Assembly (NCBI GenBank): GCA_051362555.1
Contig: CM120645.1
Span: forward strand, 16,492,001 to 16,556,000
Source: Lingula anatina
Lineage: Eukaryota > Animalia > Brachiopoda
Reading direction: 5' to 3'
Length of the DNA stretch: 64,000 nt
Positions 1 to 12,000 of the stretch are shown one piece after another. Positions within the stretch are counted from its first letter, which is position 1. Every line of letters begins with the position of its first letter. The notes beneath the pieces were generated by a model. That model was not told where the DNA came from and ran no database searches. It saw only the letters and a list, made by a program, of their open reading frames with translations. A program made the translations under genes and the position numbers.

Positions 1-1666
1 TCTTGTGATCGCTGCTGTGCAGCTTAAATGGGCTTCCGGTAGGATCTTTTTGCCAAGGAGAAGGTTCAAAAGCGTGCTCTTCCCCGAAGAAGTTTCGCCT
101 AGAATGTGAAAAGCCTTGTAAGTGAAAATAACATGATAAAGCCTTCATAACACATTGGTAACAATGCCTTGACGAAGTACTTTTTGCATTTCATTATATA
201 TATATATACAATAAGGCCAAAGTAATAAACAAACAATCAAATACATATGTAAAAAGCAATGTTTGATACATAAATGAATGAACCGATAATGCAAAATAAT
301 GTGAATAGAATTGATTGAATAAAAAAATTAAAAATCAATGACCCAATCTAGAAATATCATATGGATAAAATACATGTATTTTTTATTAAGTATGCGTATG
401 CGTGCTTGTGTAATCATCGGATATTGTGATTGTGTTCCCTTTTACAACTGCACATGTTGTAAAAGGTTGAGCTCAGAAAAACGCTCCAGGTTGTTATCCG
501 GCCGTTCACTTGTTAACAGCAATAATTATAAGGTATTAGAGCTGACACGTCTGGGGGTAACACCCCATGCTCCAATGGGTAGCTCAACGACTGGCTAACG
601 ATAACACAGTGAGCAAACATGTATTGTGTTCATGTAATACAATCAATTCATAAATGAAAAAAATATCACTACCAGTTGAGTTATAAAAAACTGTTACTTT
701 TGTTAACATCTAATTTATTATGAGCTCAATAGTATATATAATTTGAATGACATATTAACAGAGGAAGAGTATTTTGATAAAACTGCCCAGTAATTTGATT
801 ATAAACAGTGACTTGTTTGGTTAATAACTCCTACCTGCTACAAGTATTGGGCAGTTACCAGTTTCGAGCATGGTGATCCTTTTACGCACGTTTGTGTCTG
901 CGCTCTCAGATACAACATTCTCAGCTTCCAGTCTCTTTAAGATGCTCAAGTCAAGTAATGGTAGGGACTCCTTAATGGTTTTAAAGATCGACTGAAGTGC
1001 ATTTCTTCTTTGCGTATCATTCTCTCGTAGTTCAGCGAAAACATCAGCGGCCTAAAATTATATATATTTAGATAAACATACAGTAACTTTTGTACCCTGG
1101 CTCCCAACAACATATTCAATATACCCAACTGATATAAGGAAAACGAGGATCAACTGCTCCACGTATAAAATATGGAGAACCCTGCATGAAAGAAGACCAG
1201 ACAAATCCGCAGATGGGCTCCCCACCTCCACACGCGCCATTAAGCGGATTGAATCACTAGCCCAAGGTTTAATTGCTGGACCTCTGCAATGACAGAGCGT
1301 GTGAAACGGAGAAACCATTAGCAGATTAGTCGGGTCTTCTTTCAGGTAGAGTCCGCCATACTTGATCCGTGGATCAGAAGACCCTCGGGTTTTTTATTCT
1401 GATTGGCCTCTATGTTTACAAAACAAACGCAAAAAAAAGTAAACGTGAGTATATTTGAATAAAAAGAAAGACATAGACTATACCCTTTCCAATCTGGGAA
1501 CTTGAGAGTGTTCTGCCTCGAAATGTAAGCGAAGCCTTTCTTTTAGATCCTGTAGATCTTCAATGTCGTCAGTGTATATCTCAAAACGATCGCAAATATC
1601 AAAGGCCTCCACGGAGTCGTTCAAAGACTCGATGGTGTCTAGAGTTATGTCAATTATATTTGCCAT
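1..1666 (-). CDS. Bacterial-dynamin-like (Dynamin_N/BDLP-type) GTPase, paralog A; 5' part only, continues beyond the left edge
   Basis: Coding exons 1666-1484 (MANIIDITLD...PRLER, phase 0), 1051-835 (AADVFAELREND...GNCPILVA-G, phase 1) and 98-<1 (GETSSGKSTLLNLLLGKKILPEAHLSCTAAITR). All splice sites are GT-AG and in frame. P-loop G1 and the G2 Thr are present. Exon boundaries and phases match the gene at 6007. Probable non-coding first exon ends at 3511 (AAG|GTAAGT), with the acceptor ahead of the coding exon at 1709. Confidence 0.9.
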
Positions 1667-3025
1667 TGCTGCTACCGCCTCTTATTTCCAAGTATTTTGT
1701 GTTTTTAACCTAAAAATGATAAAGATGTGAATGGGTCGGTGTTTTTAAAAGAGAGAAAATGCACTATTATCTGTGTCAAAATTAGATTAAAAGATTACTG
1801 GCCTTGAGAGTAATACAAAAATGCTGGTGATTATGGTGATTATAATAATACTAATTATCATAATAATAATAATAATAGTTTATTAGGTAAAATTGGAAAC
1901 CTACGGTTGAAGTTGTACAAAGTATATGTTTAAAAGAAAATCGACAATAAACTTTAAATTATAAAGCAATATATGTGGTGTTTCGCCGAATTTGCAAATT
2001 TCGTAAATGGAAGTATCATCAACATCTGGACAACACGATTTTCAGGTCATTGATCATTGCAAGGAAAAGAGTTAGGCCTAATTTAGTACCCTGAAGCACT
2101 CCTCCAACCAATCAGAATTAAAGCTACTGCATTTTACTCGCAAAGAAAGGAATAAATCCATCGTCTTTGAAAGTCTGGTATCACTTGAATTTCTAATTTT
2201 TTTCATTTAGATATTGTGATCAATCCTTTTGAAAGCCTTAACAAAATTTAAGAATAACACCTGACCATAAGACTTTGTTGTGGGGGATGATTCAAGTCCT
2301 CCTATAGTAATTTATGTGTCAATTTAACTAGGGCATGGGAAGTTGAACGAGCACGCTGGAAACAAGATATCAAAATCGTCAAATAGGGGCGTTAAGGCAT
2401 TAATTTCTAAAGAGGCTCTGTGTTGTATTCAGATCCATTGACCCATCAAGGTAACAGCCGAGTCTGTCTCTTTGTCACCTTGGTTATCACTATGGCAATG
2501 CAGTCGAGGTCAATCGATTATACGACAAGCGTTGTGCATTGAAAAGAGGAGTTATATGGCGTCATATCATATATCTGGGACCCAACAAGCATATACACTT
2601 GTATTTGTGAATCTTAGCATACATGTGACTGACTTAAATCGCAGATAGGACTATTCTAGTTCTGCTGAGGGTGAAGATATAGCCTACTAGTTCACTAACA
2701 CCCCCTGGTGGTTTTGTTGTTGTTATGCGTTTTGTTGAGACCCTCACTTTACAGAAGGGAGCAAATAGGCTGGGGGCTTAAACAATGATTCAATTTCGAC
2801 GTGAACATTATTCGCCATTCTGCTGCAAAACTTCAAAAGGCATGTGCCAATGCATTACGATCACGTGGTATAAGTGTAATGTACATCTAGATTACCACGC
2901 GATCTGTTGGGCAACATCATTTGTTCAAAGAAAAAGCAATGATTCTCCCCCAGAAACTGAGGTCGGCGAAAAAAAAGAGATTGAATCCAGAACAGCAATA
3001 TCTGAGTATATTGCAATAAAAGTAA

Positions 3026-3281
3026 GACCCCGTTTCTTAACCAAGATCGACATAGCAAGATCGACCCATCTCCGAAGGGTTTCTCGTTTAATTGCATTCC
3101 GCTTAAGCGGCTCTGATATCTGACACACCTACTGAAGCTATTAGGGGGTAAACAACTATCGTTAAACAACTTCAGTAGGCGTGCTAGACATCTAAATGAC
3201 TGAAGCTGAATGCAATTTAGCGAGAAACCTGTTGGATCTGGGTGGATCTTGCTAGATCGATCTATGTATTGTAACGGGGTC
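3026..3281. mobile_element. Palindromic PIF/Harbinger-type (Tourist-like) MITE
   Basis: TAA|GACCCCGTT...AACGGGGTC|TAA with long imperfect inverted arms (e.g. aattgcattc / gaatgcaatt). Related copies at ~41145-41330 and 50569-50794. Confidence 0.7.
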
Positions 3282-3510
3282 TAAAATACGTTTTGTAGGC
3301 ATTTGTCATGCACTTTATATCATTATGACCACTTGATAGAATCCCGTCATTTTAATATGTATTAAAAAACACAATATGAATTACATGACGTGACTTTAAC
3401 CGAAAAACCTGCTTATGTCCATTGTGTTGTCAGACTGCGTTATCCACGTGCAAATAGGGTCACTGGTTAATTTGTACGTCAGTAAATACAGAATCAGGTA
3501 TAAAACTTAC

Positions 3511-3864
3511 CTTTGCTGGACATAACGTGGATTCAAACGAAGGATAAAGAAACTCCACGATTTAATTCTTTTCGGCGAAGCAACTCTCTTCCAAGAATGT
3601 GCGACTTCCATTAAATCGACCCCCAGATCAGCTGCCATCATTTGTATAACAATCGCGTAGGTCAAAGTTGTTTTTGCAACGGCACATCCAGGTATGATTT
3701 AAAAAGTGATTTATATACCTATTTTTTACTCTGGGCGTTGTCGTTTTCGAGAAAGAGGTATCTCAGGTGGGGACGACACTTATGGTTAGTTGACGTATCT
3801 GCAGTACTTTGTATTAGCGTTTGAAAAACAGGATACTGCTTTTGTTTTTGTTACTAACAGGCAG
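3511..3864. promoter_or_regulatory. Putative bidirectional promoter and non-coding first exons of the dynamin-like gene pair
   Basis: Outward-facing consensus donors: minus AAG|GTAAGT at 3511/3510 and plus CAG|GTGAGT at 3864/3865. TATATAAA on minus at 3717-3710. TTCN3GAA sites at 3571-3579 and 3589-3597. TGACG half-site near 3791. Confidence 0.5.
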
Positions 3865-4610
3865 GTGAGTGTATACGCTTCATGCATCAAAATGGCACTG
3901 ATTTTAGAAGGGTGGGTAGACATTTTGGTCGATTATATATGTCACAGGCCAGATCACAGTATAGTCCCCTTCCTAAGTGGACCAGACCACATCTCAATTA
4001 GAAGCTCATGGTATCAGGTGGGCTTCATGTCTGACATAAATTATCTCTATGTCAAACATTTTCTGATCATGTCAGACATTTGAAAGGCATTTTTCATGTA
4101 TTAATTATAAAGATAAGTCCGGTAATAACAGCAGCACAAAAGAGTGCTTACATCAGGTACACTGTGAAATAGTGGCCTCATTTTTCAACATGTCACAGTT
4201 TGTGACGTAAACTTTTCCGTTTTCTGACATTCGGAACATCAATTTCTTAAAATTTACTGGTGCGACTTAAAATTCACTGGTCGGAAAATAAAAATTCCAG
4301 CAGACTGGATAGTTACCACTCTTTCATCTATACAAGTAAGAACAAGACCTTGGTTTGTCAAATATTTTTATTTAGAATTTTAGATTTCAGAAAAATATTA
4401 ATCAAATTGAAATTGTTTTGTGAAAACTTTTAGTTTCATGATAATTGTTTTGGTGGAATAATTGTACTGTCTTATTTCTTATTTTGTATCTAAAAGTAAA
4501 TAAATTTGCTGGGTATTTATGTAATACAAACATTAAATTCTACCATGTCCTCCACACATAATACGGAGACAAAGAACTGCGCCAATATGTCTGCACCATG
4601 CTTCTAAAAC

Positions 4611-4829
4611 CCCCTTTACACTGAAGGGCGTCCTTTCTGCGTCCCTTGTGCAACCGTGAAACAGGCAGCGCTGAGGTCGTGAAAAGGATGCACAAGCAAA
4701 AAAAAAATGCTCAGTGAACAGCCAGTTGTCGGCACGTGAAGTATTATTATCCTTTTACTCTCAAACAGGATTGCACTACGGGACACAGAAAGGACTCCGC
4801 CCAGGCCAGAACCGGTTCAGTGATAGGCC
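4611..4829. mobile_element. Degenerate palindromic MITE
   Basis: Inverted arms gtcctttctgcgtccc..tgcaa (~4629-4652) / ttgca..gggacacagaaaggac (~4771-4796), plus terminal cactgaa / ttcagtg. Confidence 0.45.
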
Positions 4830-5919
4830 AAAATTTAGTAGTAAGGAATACGCATTGGTGTCATTTTCATTACACGTTTGAGAGAATCTGATTTAGAGTC
4901 CAAGCGTGGATATTCTATTTTAGTTCCAACCAGTTAAGTAATTGTCAGTAGACTATGAATTTGCTTTAAATTACTAAAAGTTGTAAAAATAAATCCCAGA
5001 ATTTTGCGAGGAGACTAGAAAATGTTCATTAAAAATTCTCGTTAGTATCAATGCGCTGGAGCACTTCATGCAGTGGCAAAAAGCGCTGATAACTGGACAG
5101 GGGATTTTTAATGCCCTGTCATCCGATAGTACGGATATTGTGACTGACATGCTGACGTTACATGTCGGACATTTTCAGTTCATGGCGCACATGTCCGGCT
5201 ATCCAACTAGGTAAAGCAGAAATATGAGAAATCGATTTTCCAGTTTTTACCCCAAATCGCAATTTTGACGTCACCTATAAGGTAACATATGTGTAAATGT
5301 TACTTAATTTAGTCACTAACACTGAAGATTAATCTATCATCCACCGTGCAGAAATATCCACAAACAAATCATATAAATCAAAATAAATCCTCCTGAAGAT
5401 AGTGATGGATTAGTCGGGGTTAAATGCTTTCTGTTCTCTTTGTTGGTTGTTCCTTTATAAACTTATGCAGATCATATAATTTGCAACTATTAAACTCTCA
5501 TTCACTACTTCCGTCCACTACTCTCAGCCACTGTTGATTGGTCTCGTTTCTTGACCTTCGATTGGCCCAGTACAATTAACAATTGGATATCATAATTTCA
5601 TGGCCTCCGACTGATCAGTTGTTGTTTTGATGTTGAATGTCGCGTAAAATGACACCTGCAACTATCAAAGTTATCTCGTTGTAAATTTACCTTCACTCCG
5701 TTTGATAAAATGTTTAAATATTCTAAAATATTTTACTGGTAGAGGTGTTAAATGATTTTTGTATAATCTATGAACCTATTATATACGAATAATTTTAAAC
5801 ATGCTGATCGTGCGAATAAATCTAAAGGCCTAAATGAATATTAGTCAGAAAAGTCGATAATTGACTTTCCTTCATACATGTACATTGGTGGACAATGGAA
5901 AAAGTAAAAAACATGTTTG

Positions 5920-5922
<3 letters not shown>

Positions 5923-5960
<38 letters not shown>
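5923..5960. repeat. (GA)n microsatellite
   Basis: About 19 GA units just upstream of the acceptor at 6001. It explains the spurious ERERER start of ORF 5917. Confidence 0.95.
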
Positions 5961-5962
<2 letters not shown>

Positions 5963-6006
5963 AAAATGTAAGTTTCCCTTCCTTTTCTTTCATTCCTTCA
6001 GAAAAA

Positions 6007-9000
6007 ATGGCTGATAAATACTCACCCCCAATTTCGTTAGATGAAATAGATGCTATATCTAATTTGAAAGAAGGCATAAAGAAGTTACGAGAATTAGGGA
6101 TAGACCACGCTGAAGTGAAGAACAAGGACGACGTCGTCCTCAGATTGAGGAAATACCTAAAAGAACATGGTGTAGGTGTGGCTGAGGAACCACTTGATGT
6201 AAGTTTTAAATGGGTAATAATTCCTGATATCCGCGCTCACTTCGCTTTTTGTTTATTTAATCAGGCCCACAGCTTAATATATGCTATATATTAATTTAGT
6301 TTTAATTCACTACAATATCGAAATGAAAAGACAAACACAGTGGATATTTAGAGGCAGTCCGTAGTCAATTTTTTTTTAAAAGAAGTGGACTAGAAGTGGA
6401 CTAGAAGTGGACTAGAAGTCAAATTTTGTAAATGGTAGCTTTTTGTTTCATTTCAGGCCGCTGAACTAATGGCAGATGCCTTGGAGGAAGATAAAGAGAC
6501 AAGAAAACAGCTACAGCAATTATACAAAGACACGATTGAGTATATTGCTGGTTTACCAGAAAAAAGACGTGATGACCTAAATCAAAACATTCCGCGAGTG
6601 GTAGAAAGATTACGTGAAAGCATTGACGAACTCTCTAAAAGCGAAAGTGGGAATTTAGTAGCAGGTATATCTGAATGATTAAAGAGGGCTTTAAGCTTTT
6701 TAACATGATTGATCAGAACAATATCTGCCATAGTGGCCCCTTTAATTTTCAAGTTCTTAGTCGAGAGTTAGACTTAGCCCTGCCATGATGAGACAACAGT
6801 AGGCCTACATGTATTTTTAATCTAAAACATCTTAAATTTAGGTTTTAACTATATGAAGTCTATATGAAAAAAATCAGTTCGTTGACTTGTGCCATGACTT
6901 GCGATATTCTGCTTTTTAGGTATGCCAGCCCATTCTCCTACGATCTGTCAACTGGCATTTGTTTACATTAGCACACGACTGTGTAAATTCGCGATCATGC
7001 ATTAATATTGATTTTGCATAATAATCGGACTCTTTGCTATAGCATTTCAGTATTTGCCATATTTCATTCATATATATTCAGGTGAGACCGGTGCTGGCAA
7101 GAGTTGCCTGTTGAATCTACTCCTTGGGGAAGATCTTCTTCCAACGGATTTCTTCAGTTGTACCGCCGTGCTGTGTGAATTAAGGTACGGTGACCAAAGG
7201 AGGGCTGTTGCACATTTCTGGGACACCAGTATACAACCTGTTACTTTGGACCTGGAAGTGCCAGATCCTCTTAAGGTTTTGAAGCCTTACATATTCCAGG
7301 AAGAAGGACGAGGGAAGAAGGAATTTCCGTACAACAGAGTCCAGTTATTTTGGCCTATCCCTCTGTTACAGGTAACAAAAGCTACGCGTTGGCAAATTTT
7401 GGGAGACCCTGAACCAATATTATATCTCAAAGAATGACATATCGTTAAATTAGTTCCATAAAAAGTATGAATCGTACCCACATATCTCTGAAAATTAAGA
7501 TTTCGTGGTGAAATGACCGTCACATTAAATATTTTCCTTCTTAATCAGTATAATGAAACAAGACATATTTCAATGCAAATTTAGCATCCATTTCTTAGAA
7601 ACAGGCTATCAGTTAAATGATGTTGCAATGGCTTAAGAAGTTCACAATTTATTCACATATGTAAAATATATTTCATATTAAAGGCATCTAAAAACATTTA
7701 TTTACAGGGAGGTGTCTATATCATGGACAGCCCGGGTATAGGAGAGAGTGAAATGATGACAAAACTTACGAAGAGTTACTTGGCCAAGGCATTTTCCTTC
7801 ATCTACGTCATCAACAGCATGGTGGCCGGAGGAGTGCAAGAAGATAGGGTAACGCTTATTGCAATTTTCACCTCTTTCCTCAAACATTTTATGTTGATGA
7901 ATAATAGTCGGTAGGAGGGCATGGTTGCAACTTCATGTCCCTCATGGGATGAAGGGGTTAAATCAGTACATGTAAGTTAGGAAGTAAGTGATATCGTCCG
8001 TTTAGATAAATAAGGTTCTCTCTTCACTATTTTACTTTTTAAGAGATTAGTATGACTGGGCAGCGTCCAGATCAGTTGTAGAATTCAATAAGTTTAGTGC
8101 TAATTTCATTTCTGCAAAGGTTAAAACTTTGAAAGAAGAGAAAGGCGAAACCCACCGCTTGTAGTTCTCGCATCTTCGCATAACTCCCTTTGGAGGTGAA
8201 AAGGATAATTATTGTTTGTTTCGATTTTCATGGGACAAACGCTGATTTCTTCACACTAATCAATGGTTAATGAATCCATTCAGTCATTCAACTTAAGTCA
8301 ATTTTTTTGTACTAATCTCTTAAGAGATTATAGCTGAGGTATAGTCATCTATGAAGATCCACGTGGTCTGATGGCAGGCACACATTCAGGAATAATTGTG
8401 TTAACCTCTTTTTGGTGGTAAAATTGAATTTATTTTATTTTTCTGAGTTGTTTACGTATGACTTGTGAAATATGAATATCATACGAACAGGCCTAATACA
8501 GTAGCTTTGAGGCAACAGTAAGTAGTGGTTTTTTAAACTGGCAGGACAAGACGCCAATGCAAATATTCTGTCAATTTCAGTGGTGAAGTTAGTACGTATA
8601 TAAGTATCGATGCGTTGTCTCTTCTTTGTAGCTTCAGGATCTCCTTAGCGATGTAGTGAGGGGTAAATTCGAGACAGAAGACAAAAATAGTGGCACAGAA
8701 AAACTTGCTTCTGGAGTTCGTCTGTTCAATCCTTCAACAGCCATCTTTGTTCTCAACAAATGGGACCAGGTGCCAGAAAAAGAGAAGGATGATGTTTTCA
8801 AAGACACTCTTCGCAAGCTGCAAAACATCTGTGACGGCTTTACTGCAGACCAGCTTTTCCCTATGTCGGTGACAAAGGTGAGTTTTTTCACTTTATTGGA
8901 CGTTCTATACCTAGTACATGTAAATCCAGTTATGGATCAGAAGGTCTGTTAACAACAGGCTTCTGATTCGGACATAGCTCAACAGTAGACACTGTTTGAA

Positions 9001-12000
9001 CCAAAATAGACGACGCCATCTGTTTCGTGTCGAAAACGCGGAAATTCTGTGTCATTAGATTGTTAATTCTACAACACTGTCTTTTGTATTCTTCTCAGAT
9101 CCAGGCTTTTTTGAACATGGCATATGCCCTCACTATAAATTGCCGGTAATTTAACATTTTTATAATTGTCGCCAGGATAAACACAAACAAAAACAAACCC
9201 CAAGCAGAACATGGAATAATACTCAACTAAAACTGGTTGAATTATACTTCTATATTTGAATTTAGTTTGAACTTACTGAAGTCGCAGATGCAATATCCTT
9301 TGGAGTATTCCATCATTTAAGCAAGAGAACTTAAAGCCTTGCACTTTGGTTTTCGGGACGTTATAACATATGGTTTTGCAATTCTGTATCCCCTTTCATC
9401 TCCTTCAAATAAAACAGAACTTATTCGAAAATGGTTCCAATCAAACTATTATCTTGGAAGTATAGAGAAATTCTAATCTTCCTCGAGGCGCGATAACTTA
9501 AGATTTAAATGCAGGATCTGCACTGCCCTGAGCATATTTATAGCTGTTAAGTTCAGGTCAAGTTCGAAAATGGACCGTTACAGACCTTATCCCTATATTT
9601 AGTAATTGTAGTGATTTTCTCTTTTTTCTGGGATATTTCTAAAGTCAAACAATTCTGATAATATTTTTGATTATATAAAAAACCTTTCTACGAAATGTTT
9701 GATCAAAATGCTATTTAATATATCTGGTACCACAAAACGTCTCTTGAAATGCTTTTAAAATATTCGCGAAAGGTGTTTTTGTTGTAATAGTGTTTCTATT
9801 TTCTTATCTTTTCATAATTCATTATGCATACATCAGGCTCAAAGTGCACTAAAACAAGGCTGTGCAACACCCGAGTTCTCAAACTTCCTTGTTGGGCTGA
9901 AGAAACTTTTTCCTAAGACCCTAAAATCAAATCAGGAGACTAAATACAGGTAACAAAATGTTTATTTGACTGTTTCCTTTACTATGGTCACCATAAAATA
10001 TATCATTCAGTGTGTCATTTAGTGAACGGTTTATAAGGATGAGCATGTATGAACTCTGTACATTTTATTTTATAACATAATACCAATAACCTTTTTACCA
10101 GAAAATTTTTTTAAACCCAATTTAGATTAGTAGTTCACATTCTGCGAAGATCCGCGTTTCATCTAAAGTCAGCTTTGAACATCTTTGAAAGATCTGAGGA
10201 AGAACGTAAGAAGAAAGCTGCTGAAATCATGCGACAGATTGGAAAGATAAAGAACAGTTTTGAAGGGAAGCGTTTTAAATTGCTAGGGCTTTTAAAGACA
10301 AAGGCTCAACAAGCTGCACAACAAATCCAAGATTACCTGCATAAGAATAAAGAGCGTGTCCTGAAATGGAAAGATGACGATTGTCCAAGGCCAACTGACC
10401 ATTGGGATGATCTTTACACACAAGCTAGAACCCTCATCCTAGGGAGAATCCGCGAACTACTGGAGGAATGGAACACAAACACTGAGTTCTTCACAAATGC
10501 ACAGAAGGAGCTTATAGGAAAGTTCCACGTAGAGTTCAACATCATGGAGAACCAAGTTGCTCTTTTGGAAGGTCAGTTAACCAGCAACGATATGCTTGTA
10601 GTCGAGGACGCAAACCCCACAGGCTTAAGAGACGTGGAGGACACTTCTACTTTCACCACCACTGAGAAAGTCATCATTGGCGTCACTTCTCCAATTTGGA
10701 TTCCAATAGGCCTCGTAGCTGCACTTTTCGTTGTCCCTGTTGCCCTTGGGGTAGCACTAAAAGAGCGTCTGAACGAGAAGAAACAAATCAAAGAGTATAC
10801 AAAACACAAAGCGGCAGTCATGGAAACTATTGCAGCAAAAGTACTCGAACATTTTATGTCCGAAGAAAACCTGTCGAAAGAGGTGATGCGGTACTTGAAC
10901 TCTGCGGTTGCCACACTGAATAACCTACTCAGTGCTATTCCAAAACTCCTAGATGATGACCTTCAGCTCATAAAAGGGTTGCTAAGTGAAAGTCAGACAG
11001 CGAAATCAGAGTTGCAACTGTACCAGAAAAAGCTCCAGTGGAATGATACCTTAGAGGGATGCCTAGGGTTGTTGTACGTGACAAAAATCCGGGAAGACAT
11101 CAACGCAAATACAGAAATTAAATGGATCTTGCCTGCTTTTGCCACTGGCACGTTTGGTGAAGTTTATACCGTGACCCTTCTATCAAGAAACAACATGATG
11201 GCAGCGGCAAAGGTGATGAAGCAGTTTGCAACAGCAGAGAACGTGGGTGAGGCTATACTAGAAGAGGAAAGTTTAAGGTGAGATGTCCAGATTAGGATAG
11301 ATGTTTACATCTTATTTAATTATTTTACTAGTGGCGAAAAAGGTTCTTTTAATGTGGTACTTGTTTAGAAACGGGTGGGTATATTAATATTAATTATGTC
11401 TGTTAATGCGGTAAAGAGGAAATAATTTTGCTACATTTGGCATGATCAGTTTGACTATTTTTGTTGATACAGGAGACTTAACAGAACCCCTAACATCATC
11501 AAGTTCATAGGAACCAGCGCCATCATAGAGCCAGATGGTAACAGGCGCCTTGTCATTCTAATGGAGTATTGCCCCAAAACCCTTGCAAATCGTATGTTAA
11601 ATGCAGATGCGACAAGTCCCAAAGGACAACGGGAGATCATAAACCCTGGTTTGAAGCAACGGTTAGATCCTGGCCTCGTGCGTTCTGTCGCTTACTTTGG
11701 TAAGCAAATATGCACTGGATTAAGGTGCATGCATGCTCAAGGATACATTCACAGAGACTTGAAACCGGAAAACATATTGGTAAGTCTGAAGTTGGATGGA
11801 AGTTATTCCTAAGATACAAGTTTTAGTGACTCAGATCTTATCAGTTATAAAAAAAATTGCATTTCATATACTACATATACTTCTCATGGTATTATTAAAT
11901 TTGCGTATTGACTCAATACTTTGTGTATAACGCTTTGCTGCCGTTCAGTACAAATGTGATTATCCAAATACGAAACATTTGTGTACATAACCAATTTATG

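Noticed and set aside
338-598. 86-aa plus-strand ORF
   Set aside because: Antisense within intron 2 of GTPase A, with no recognisable motif.
1058-1409. ORF 1058-1318 and an apparent acceptor at 1410 suggesting a 72-aa domain-only protein
   Set aside because: Splicing 1484 to 1051 gives a continuous frame homologous to paralog B. This stretch is intronic and looks like a decayed SINE-like repeat.
2785-3169. Three overlapping ORFs
   Set aside because: They overlap the palindromic MITE at 3026-3281 and show no protein-like features.
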